Shown here piece after piece: positions 53,978-64,000 of a stretch of DNA of 64,000 nt (position 1 is its first letter; each line of letters opens with the position of its first letter). The position numbers were made by a program, and so were the translations under genes. The notes under the pieces were generated by a model. That model searched no databases, was not told where the DNA came from, and was given only the letters and a program-made list of their open reading frames with translations. Source of the stretch: Eledone cirrhosa (Eukaryota); assembly GCA_964016885.1 (NCBI GenBank), contig OZ024751.1:29636001-29700000 (forward strand), given 5' to 3'.

Positions 53978-54061
53978 CCCCACCACCACCCCCCACTCTC
54001 AAGAGTGAAACTAATAAACCTTTGTTCGTACTGCCTCTCTGTTTTGTTCCCGTTCAATTTT

Positions 54062-54113
<52 letters not shown>

Positions 54114-54141
54114 ATATATATATATATATATATATAAAATG

Positions 54142-54207
<66 letters not shown>

Positions 54208-55844
54208 GTATATTTTTGGTTGTTTTACCTCTTGTGCACAATTTTTCAAAATTATTACACACCAAATTACAAATTTGCTATTATTTACTTACGATAATGG
54301 TCGGTTTGTTTGTGTGTGTATGTGTGTGCGTGTGTGAGCATGTGTATGTATGTGTATGCATATGTGTGTGTGTGTGTGCCCATGTACGTATGTGTTTGTG
54401 TGTGTGTTATAATGTTTGTATTTATGTGTGTGTATGTGTATGTGTTTGTGTATGTATGAGTGTGTATGTGTATGCATGTGTGTGTGCCTATGTACATGTG
54501 TTTGTTCGTGTGTGTTATCATGTTTGTATTTATGTGTGTATGCGTGCATATGTATTTGTGTGTTTATTTTTTTTTACAATGTCATTTTACTTTTTATTTT
54601 TCTTTACCATCTTTTTTATAATTTCTTTATTTTATACCTTTTTTTTATTAAAATTAGTCTTGTAGTTCGATCTCTCTCTCTCCTTCTCTCCTCCCCTTTG
54701 TTTCCCTCTCCTTCTCTCTCTTCTTCCCCTCTCCCTCTGTTTCCCTCTTCTTCTATCCCCCTCTCTCTCTTTTTCCCTCTTCCTCTCTCTCCTTGTTTCC
54801 CTTTTCCTCTCTCCCCCTCTCTCTCCCTCGCACTTTCTCTGTCTTTGTTTTTGTTGTTGTAAGTATACATTGATGTGTTTTTTTTTCTTTTGATTTTTCA
54901 GTAGTATGATAAAAGATTTCTTTTCAAGCTCATCTTTACCGGAACTAATTGAGACATGGGGCTTTAAACATCACCCAATATATTTACTCTTATTTTTCTT
55001 ACCTCTCTCCATCTCCTCTTCTCTCTCTATATATATATATAATATCTGATTCTGTCTATCTCCATTTTTTTAACTTCTCACTTTCATGCCCTACTCGGTC
55101 TCTCTAACTTACCCCTATCTCTCTCAGTCTCCCTTATCTCCCTCTATCTCTTTGACCTCACCCTTTCTCATCTCTCTCTGTCTCTCTAACCTTTCTCTCT
55201 CATCTCCCTCTATCTTTTTAACCTCCCAGTATCTCTCTAACATCTCTCTTATCTCTCTCTGTTACACTAACCTCCCTCTCTCTTATCTACCTCTGTCTCT
55301 TAACCTCTCTCTCTCCCTTATCTCCCTCTATCTTTCTAACCTACCACTATTTCTGTCTCACCTCCCACTATCCCTCTAACCTCTCTCTAACTTGTCTTTC
55401 TCTCACTAGACCTCCCCTCTCTCTCTAACTTTTCTTTCTCTCACTAGACCTCCCCTCTCTCTCTTTCTCTCTCTCTCACCTGTCTCCCCTCTTCTCTAAC
55501 CCCATCTATCCCCTTAACATCTCCCTCTCATTCTTGCTCTCCTTCTCCTTCTCATTCTCTCTCTCTCTCTATGTCTCACCTCTCTTTGGTGGTTTCACTG
55601 TTTTTTCAGTGAGTGTGTGTGTGTGTTTTTCAAAGATTATTCTTTTGTCCTTATATATTTACTATTATGTTAGTTTTTTGCTGCTAGTATATATTTAAAA
55701 GCTGTACCAACTCAGTAATGGAGACTAGAATTAACCTTCACATGAAAATTTAAAGACAATAAAAAAAAGATACTTTACATTACTTAGCTACAAACAAAAA
55801 ACTTTTTTTTAACTTTGTCTATGAAACTTCCCTCTCATTCTCTC

Positions 55845-55847
<3 letters not shown>

Positions 55848-55894
<47 letters not shown>

Positions 55895-55993
55895 TACATA
55901 TGTCTGTGTGTATATATATATATATTTATACCTCCATATATGTATATATGTATGTGTGCATGTCTGTGTTTGTACATACTTACATATATATAC

Positions 55994-56035
<42 letters not shown>

Positions 56036-56134
56036 GTATATATATGTAAGTATGTACAAACACAGACATGCACACATACATATATACATATATGGAGGTA
56101 TAAATATATATATATATACACACAGACATATGTA

Positions 56135-56181
<47 letters not shown>
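55848..56181. repeat. 334-bp palindrome centred on (TA)n
   Basis: Unique marks mirror exactly about 56014.5 (for example ATACCTCCATAT / ATATGGAGGTAT); the ORF track shows identical peptides on both strands. Confidence 0.9.
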
Positions 56182-56190
<9 letters not shown>

Positions 56191-56233
56191 TATATATATT
56201 TATATATACACACACACATATATATATTTATAT

Positions 56234-56292
<59 letters not shown>

Positions 56293-56739
56293 ATCAGTTT
56301 ATCACTCTCATCATCTTTTAGTCTTTTCAGTTTTTTTTACCTTTCAAGTATTTGGAAAGGTGTGTTTGTTTTCCTTTCTTCTTTCTATTATTTAGGGGTA
56401 TGTGGGAAGGGGGTATGTGACCGGGGAGGGTGTGAGGATTAATTATCTATCAGATAGATGTCGTTGTTGTTAACGAACTAAGTAATAGACAAATAATTAA
56501 TTTTTTTAATTTTTTCACTGTGTGTGTGTGTGTTTGTGTGTGCCCCCCCCCCCCTAAAAAATGTTATTCTAATTATGGTAGTAGTCGTTGAACTTATAAA
56601 GAAATCTTTCTGCCAGGAGTTCTGACTGAAAGATTGTATCAGCAATTGAAAGGCCAATGGAAACAATATTTCCTTGGTCCAATCTGATGATTTTTCTTTC
56701 TCTCTTTCGCTTTTTATATATATTTGATTGACTTGTTCG

Positions 56740-57051
56740 AAATGCACCTGGTACACTCTGTATGAGTGGCTGGCAAAAGGAAGTGCACCCCGCTATAGAA
56801 ACCATGACTAAAAGGGTTGAGAAGAACTTTTGTTATATATATATATATATACCTGTTATTTTTATCTAAAGATATTTTTTCCAATTCTATCCTGCCCGTT
56901 CCCTCAATCTATCTTATTTCTCATTCTTTCTTCTGATGAAGGACTAGCGTCCAAAACGTTAAGACCCTCTTCCTGCTTTATCAAGCATTAACCTAATATA
57001 TCCCTTCCATATACTGTACCGATTGTGTTGTTATTTCTGTTTACCTTTTAC

Positions 57052-57082
<31 letters not shown>

Positions 57083-57225
57083 TACATAGGGAGAGATAGA
57101 GAGAGGAGAGGCTGTCATGTTTTTGGCGCAACTAAATGGTCTTCTCAACCTTTTTAGTCATGGTTTCTACAGTGGGGTGCACTTCCTGTTGCCAGCCACC
57201 CATACAGAGCGTACCAGGTGCATTT
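56740..57225. repeat. ~85-bp inverted repeat (56740-56825 / 57140-57225) of the RTE-UTR-type module
   Basis: AATGCACCTGGTAC...GGTTGAGAAGA versus TCTTCTCAACC...GTACCAGGTGCATT. Confidence 0.85.
56929..56964 (+). ncRNA. Minimal type-I hammerhead with GAAA->AAAA change, in a Penelope-like remnant (56850-57050)
   Basis: TCTT CTGATGA A GGAC TAGC GTCC AAAA CGTT AAGA; helices I and II pair perfectly. Confidence 0.75.
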
Positions 57226-57329
57226 TTGTGGCTCCATCACTTGAGAGGTTATTGGTCATAAGCCCAACTGTAGAGCCCTCTAAATGATGATGGTGTTGAG
57301 GACATACATATATATATATATATATATAT

Positions 57330-57547
57330 GAAGGCGCGTAGCTAAGTGGTTTGAGAATTGGATTCGCAATTGTGAGGTTGTGCGTTCGATTCTCAGACCG
57401 GACGAAGCGTTATGTCCTTGAGCAAGACTTTATTTCACGGTGCTCCTTCTACCTGGATTTGTTACTGATAGATAGTATTAGCAATTGGAAAGACCAGTGG
57501 AAACATAGTTTCCTTGGTCCAATCTGCCGAAAGTCGATCGACTATCG

Positions 57548-57549
<2 letters not shown>
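57330..57549 (+). mobile_element. tRNA-derived SINE, well preserved
   Basis: A-box TAGCTAAGTGG, B-box GTTCGATTC, TGTCCTTGAGCAAGAC box; the 3' part is shared with 56610-56690. Confidence 0.8.
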
Positions 57550-57627
<78 letters not shown>

Positions 57628-58655
57628 TACATACATATAGTTCAAGATTGATACGAAAACAAAGAGACCAGTTAGGCAAAGAACAATTTCACAAAGTCTT
57701 ATTAGTTTCACGCTTGTGGGAAAAGGAAAATGATTGTCTCAACATTAGGAAAGAATGAAGTTAGACGATTAAAATAGAAAAAAAAAAGAGACTTATCAGG
57801 ATAGGTGCAGTGGGAAGGCAAGTGGTGAGCATTGTAAAGATTTGAGCCAAATTTCTGGTTTGGGGATGGCTTCCTCGTAGCTTTTAGTATATTTAGCACC
57901 ACCATCACCACCACAACCACCACGCCTTTGGGTGTCTTTAGTGGAGTCAACTCTATTGTAAATATTTGAGCCTAATCTCTGGTTTTGTGATACCTTCCCC
58001 CTTCTCTCTATCTCTCCCTCTTTCTCTCTCCCGACCTTCTCCAATTTTAGAGGCCTGGAAATTCAATTGACTATAATATCCTTGTAACCTCCAAAGATTG
58101 ACCTTAACAGTGGAAGTTCCACTAGCTAATGCCCTTGAGAAAAAATCATAAACAGCCTAGACTCTGATAAATTTAAAACTTTATGCTTTTGTAAGAAATC
58201 AATATCATAAATGAATGTATAGCAATATCTGTGTATGTAGCAGACATGGATAAACATTGCTTACATATATTATTAGATTTTCTTAGAATCCTTCACTTTT
58301 AATTCATATATTATATATAATTTATTTTCTGGGAGGGTGAATGATAGATATATATATTATAGTTAATATGAAGCATTCTGAGATATGTTATAAATGACTG
58401 ATAAGTTTCAGAAAGCCAGTACAATGTGGTAGAAATATATAGTAATGTTTTACCCAACATAATATTTCAGGGCTATTGAAAAGGGTGCAATAGCCCTGAA
58501 ATATTATGTGGAAATATATTGGGCAAACCATTACTTTTTGTTTTATTTGCCATCCTTTTCTCTTTATATATTTCTACTGCATTGTAATGGCTTTATATAT
58601 ATATATATGTTTATCCCGGGTTCTAGTTCTAGTCCTGTAGAAGCCATTTCTATAT

Positions 58656-58708
<53 letters not shown>

Positions 58709-58710
<2 letters not shown>

Positions 58711-58757
58711 TTCTACAGGACTAGAACTGTTTCATTCTTTAGAAATCATCAGGAATC
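58709..58757 (-). ncRNA. Type-I hammerhead motif within an inverted duplication (58705-58805)
   Basis: Sense: GATTC CTGATGA TTTCTAAAGAAT GAAA CAG TTCTAGTC CTG TA GAATC. Confidence 0.75.
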
Positions 58758-59094
58758 ATGATCATTTCTAAAGAATGAAACGGTTCTAGTCCTGTAGAAT
58801 CTCATCTATATTAAAACTTTTTTTACTCTGCTATGTATTGAGTACCTTACTTACTGTGGTTACCTCCGATTCAACCTGGAATAACATATATATATATATA
58901 TATATAAATATACAGGGGTGTGTATGATTGTGTATAGAAGATTATATTAATAAAAGGAATTCCAACTTTGTCTGATTTACTCATTTTATTTACAATCCTT
59001 TAAAATTTATAATGGTATTAGAATGAAATAGTATGGTAGAATATTAAATGTTAAGTGTTAATTAAACACATACACACATGTATATCATGACTCA

Positions 59095-59210
59095 TACACT
59101 ATTCACTTCCCTGACATTTGTATATTATTCTATGTACTATACATGCACCTTTAACGAGTTGTAGTGCACCTGAGCACATTACACAATAATTTCATTATTA
59201 TTATTATTAT
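59095..59210 (+). mobile_element. LINE 3' tail remnant
   Basis: GTTGTAGTGCACCTGAGCACATTACACAATAATTTC(ATT)n: stem-loop plus simple-repeat tail. Confidence 0.45.
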
Positions 59211-60089
59211 AAAAAGACACACTTACTTACACATATATACATGTATACAACATATATACATACATATATAGATACATAAATAAAAACACATGCATACTTA
59301 CACATACACACACATACATACACACACAGACATATATATATACATATATACATTGAAGGAATCTTTCCTGATGTCCTTGTTACATGCTTGTTCTCATGAC
59401 ACCCAAGGTTATTTAGATTAATTCAACTATACTTGAAAAAAAAAGAATTGTTTAAATTGAAATATATTTTTCTTTTCCTTCCATATTGTTTTTCAAGAAA
59501 TTTCACAAGTCATTGGCTTTGAATTAAAAATATAAATATAAATATTCTCCAGGAAGCAAAACGCAAGTTACATCAAGATTGTTGTTCACACAGAATAAAC
59601 GTTAGCGGTAATGGTAACACCATGTCTTCTTCTGCTGCTCAGTTCCGTCTTTTCTGTTCCAACCAAGTCTTTTTTTTTTACATTTTCTTATAGGATAAAC
59701 AATCTTTTATTAATATCAGTCAAGTTTTCACACATATGATTACAAGACTTGACAGTTTAGTGGATTAAGGCTATAGGAAAGAAAACTACACACACACAAA
59801 AAAAAAACAAGATGGATGAAAAATGATGAAAAATAATGAAAGAAAGGACAAGATAATGTATAGAAAAGAGAGCTAAGCAAGGAAATAAGAACAGTTGGAA
59901 TAAAATATATAGAAAATAGAAAGAAAAGTGAGTGCAAGAAGCAATATAGAAGCCCCATTGACTTAAGTGGAAAGCTTTAATTCATAATGGCTGATAACTG
60001 TTTAAGTAGGATTGCTTGAAATTTTCTCTCTTATCAATCCTTTTTATTTTTAAATTGAAGAGATATTATCAGTCTTGCCATGAAAAGAA

Positions 60090-61122
60090 TAACAACAACA
60101 ACAGAAACTACTACTACTGCGACTACTAGAACACAAACAACTACTACAACACAAACAACTACTACTACTAGTACAACACAAACACAACTACTACTACTAC
60201 TACAACAACACAAACACAGATACTACTACTACTACTACTACTACTACACAAACAACTACAACTACTGCTACTACTACTATTACTACTACCATACAAACAA
60301 CAACAACTACTGCTACTACTACTATTACTACTACTACACAAACAACAACAACTACTGCTACTACTACTATTACTACTACTGCTACACAAACAACTACTGC
60401 TACTACTACTACTACTACTACTGCACAAACAACTACAACTACTGCTACTACTACTATTACTACTACCATACAAACAACAACAACTACTGCTACTACTACT
60501 ATTACTACTACTACACAAACACAGATACTACTACTACTACTACACAAACAACAACAACTACTGCTACTACTACTATTACTACTACTACACAAACACAGAT
60601 ACTACTACTACACAAACAACTTCCATTACTACTACAACAAATATTCTTTTATTTTATATATTTATTTACTGGTTTTAGTCATTAGACTGCGGCCATGTAT
60701 ATATGTGTATATATGTGTATATATGTATATATATGTATATATGTATATATATATGTGTATATATGTGTATATATGTGTATATATGTGTATATATGTGTAT
60801 TTATGTGTGTGTGTGTATATATATATATATATGTGTATATATGTGTGTGTATATATATGTGTGTGTATATATGTGTATATATATATGTGTGTATATATAT
60901 ATATATGTGTATATATATGTATATATGTGTATAAATGTATATGTGTATATATGTATATATATATATATGTGTGTGTGTGGGTGTATATATATTTATATGT
61001 GTGTCTGTGTCTCTATATGCATTTGTATATATGTATTTATGTTTGTCTATATGTATACAAATATGTAGTTTGTGTGTGTGTGTGTGTGTGTAATTTATGT
61101 TTGTCTATATGTATACAAATAT

Positions 61123-61160
<38 letters not shown>

Positions 61161-62590
61161 TTATGTTTGTCTATATGTATACAAATATGTAGTTTGTGTG
61201 TGTATATATGGGAAAATAAACAGAAATAGTTTTATGAAACACCACCACCAACAACAATATTTGCCCTCTATCTTCCTCTCCCACTTAACCCCCTGTTCCT
61301 CTCCCACCCCCTCTATGCACTATTTATGTGATTTTTAAAAAAATGATGGTGATACAGTTGCTGCTGCTAATGATACTGGTGGTGATGGTGGTGGTGGTGA
61401 TCGTGGTGATAATGGTGGTGGTGGTGGTGGTGATAATGGTGGTGGTGGTGGTGGTGATAATGGTGGCGGTGGTGGTGGCGGCGGTGGTGGTGGTAGTGGC
61501 GGTGGTAGTGGTGTTGGTGGTGATCGTGGTGATGGTGGTGGTGGTGATCGTGGTGGTGGTAGTGGCAGTGGTAGTGGTGTTGGCGGTGGTGGTGGTGGCA
61601 GTGGTGTTGGCGGTGGTGGTGGTGGTGGCACTGCCGCTCATGAAATAGCCATGTTATTTCATCATGTATGTGAAAAATGAAAATTATATTTCAACCATTA
61701 AAATGGAATGGACTGCTTGCTTTGCAAAGATTGGTGGCAGTGGTGGTGGTGGTGGTGGTACGTGGTGGTGGTGGTAGTAGGTGGTGGTGGTGGTAGTAGG
61801 TGGTGGTGGTGGTAGGTGGTGGTGGTGGTGGTAGTAGGTGGTGGTGGTGGTGGTGGTAGGTGGTGGTAGTAGGTGGTGGTGGTGGTGGTGGTAGGTGGTG
61901 GTAGGTGGTGGTGGTAGTAGTGGTGGTGGTGGTGGTGGTAGGTGGTGGTAGGTGGTGGTGGTAGTAGTGGTGGTGGTGGTGGTGGTTGTTTCAAAGATGG
62001 TAGTGTAGACATGAGTGGTATGGTAATAGGAAGTGGTGGTGGTGGTGGTGGTGGTGGTGATAATGGTGGTGGTATTGCTTATGATGATGGTGGTATTGCT
62101 CATGTTGATGATGATGATGATGGTGGTGTAGGTGATGATGATGAGGATATTAGTGGAGGGGGTGTTAGTGGTAGTGGTGTTTGTGGTATTGGTCATGATG
62201 ATGGTGGTAAGTATTAGTGTTAGGTGGTGGCTTATAGTGGAGATGGTAAATTCCAAGTTGAGTGTTGACGCTATGGTTATAATGTACTCTGGCAATGATG
62301 GTTGTGGTTGGTTTTAGTGGTGGTGGTGTAGTGGAGTGGTGGTGTTGTGGAGTGGTGGTGTAGTGGAGTGGTAGTGGTGGTGTGGTGGTGTAGTGGAGTG
62401 GTGGTGTAGTGGAGTGGTGGTGGTGGTGTGGTGGTGTTGTGGAGTGGTGGTGTGGTGGTGGTGGTGTGGTGGTGTAGTGGAGTGGTGGTGTGGTCGTGTA
62501 GTGGAGTGGTGGTGTGGTGGTGTTGTGGAGTGGTGGTGTAGTGCTGTAGTGGTGGTGGTGTAGTGGAGTGGTGTCGTAGTGGTGTAGTAG
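60090..62590. repeat. (CTA/CAA)n, (TATG)n and (GGT)n low-complexity tracts
   Basis: Direct inspection. Confidence 0.9.
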
Positions 62591-62702
62591 ACTGAATTTT
62601 CTTGGTGGAACTGTAAATATGATGTACATATATGAATATATATATATAATCACCATTTAACGTCCGTTTTCCATTTATATTTGTGTGTATATATATATAC
62701 AC

Positions 62703-62741
<39 letters not shown>

Positions 62742-62977
62742 TAGATAGATAGATATACATAGATATATTTATTTATATATATATATATACACACACACCT
62801 ACACCCCCACATATATATGCATATATATATATATATATAGACATGTATACATACATATATAAATACACACATAGACATATATATATGTGTGTGTGTATAT
62901 CTATGTATATATGTACGTGTATATATCTATGTATATATATATATGTATATATCTATGTATATATATATATGTATATA

Positions 62978-63024
<47 letters not shown>

Positions 63025-63188
63025 CTATGTATGTATATATCTATGTATATATATATATATGTATGTATAAATCTATATATATGTATATATATGGTATGTA
63101 TAAATCTATATGTATATATATGTATATATATGTATGTATAAATCTATATGTATGTATATGTATATATATGTATGTATAAATCTATATG

Positions 63189-63223
<35 letters not shown>

Positions 63224-63525
63224 ATATATATATATATATCTATATATATATATATATATATACATAGTGAGGAGCAGCCGGGTGGAGTTTTAATTGAAAA
63301 ACTGATTGATTTTGATGTGTTGTATGGTGAGTAAACCTCATTTCATGGTGGACTTGGTGTTGCGTTAATCTTCCCTTTACTCCCTGCTACACTGTGTACA
63401 ACTGAAAATCTCTATGCTGAATAAACATTACTTTATGCTATGCTTATGTTGTATGTAAGAATTATTACCTCCCCTTCCCAGAACCGGGGAGAGGGGAAAG
63501 TTTGAGTGGAAAAACTAACTCACAC

Positions 63526-63587
<62 letters not shown>

Positions 63588-63806
63588 ATATATATATACA
63601 TATATATATATATGTATATATATATGTATATATATATATATGTATATACATACATGTAAATGCATGAAGGCATTCACATGTGTACATACACACACACAAA
63701 CACAGACATACATGTAAACAAATGAACAGATATACAAATATAAATACACACATGTATAAAAACACAGGCCTGAAAAGACGCACTTCCACACACAAATATT
63801 ACAATA

Positions 63807-63860
<54 letters not shown>

Positions 63861-63887
63861 CATATATATATATATATATATATAACG

Positions 63888-63918
<31 letters not shown>

Positions 63919-64000
63919 ATATGTATATATATAATTAAAAATACACTGTTAGGCACACATAAACACACACACACACAAAAACACACAAAAACACATTCAC

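Noticed and set aside
57330-57405. tRNA gene
   Set aside because: A and B boxes are present, but the sequence continues into a SINE body and lacks a clean acceptor stem and poly-T terminator.
58911-59010. Possible Tc1/mariner left end (TA|CAGGGGTG)
   Set aside because: No matching right TIR or coding remnant was found.

Overview
AT-rich, microsatellite-saturated eukaryotic non-coding (intronic or intergenic) DNA. The repeat inventory suggests a coleoid cephalopod, probably Octopus; this is inferred from repeat style, not proven. No intact host gene can be supported: almost all ORF-track hits are translations of (TA)n, (CA)n, (GGT)n or (TC)n repeats or antisense ORFs of transposons. Recognisable content: many decayed RTE-clade LINE pieces (endonuclease half 50.1-52.2 kb, RT half 19.8-21.2 kb), a truncated Tc1/mariner transposase (maT-like), Tigger-, mariner- and piggyBac-type MITEs, a non-autonomous Helitron, dozens of tRNA-derived SINE copies, and several mini/satellites. 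Highlights: (1) at least seven type-I hammerhead-ribozyme-like motifs in short Penelope-like remnants. Three of them (19.6, 21.3, 25.3 kb) share an unusual ~60-nt helix-II insertion ending in a common CCTYSAGCTGRTC motif. (2) A C4HC3 PHD-type finger inserted inside the RTE reverse transcriptase. (3) An 82-bp satellite inside a SINE, with an internal inversion at a built-in short inverted repeat. (4) Satellites born from SINE and RTE regulatory modules. All folds and alignments were done by eye.
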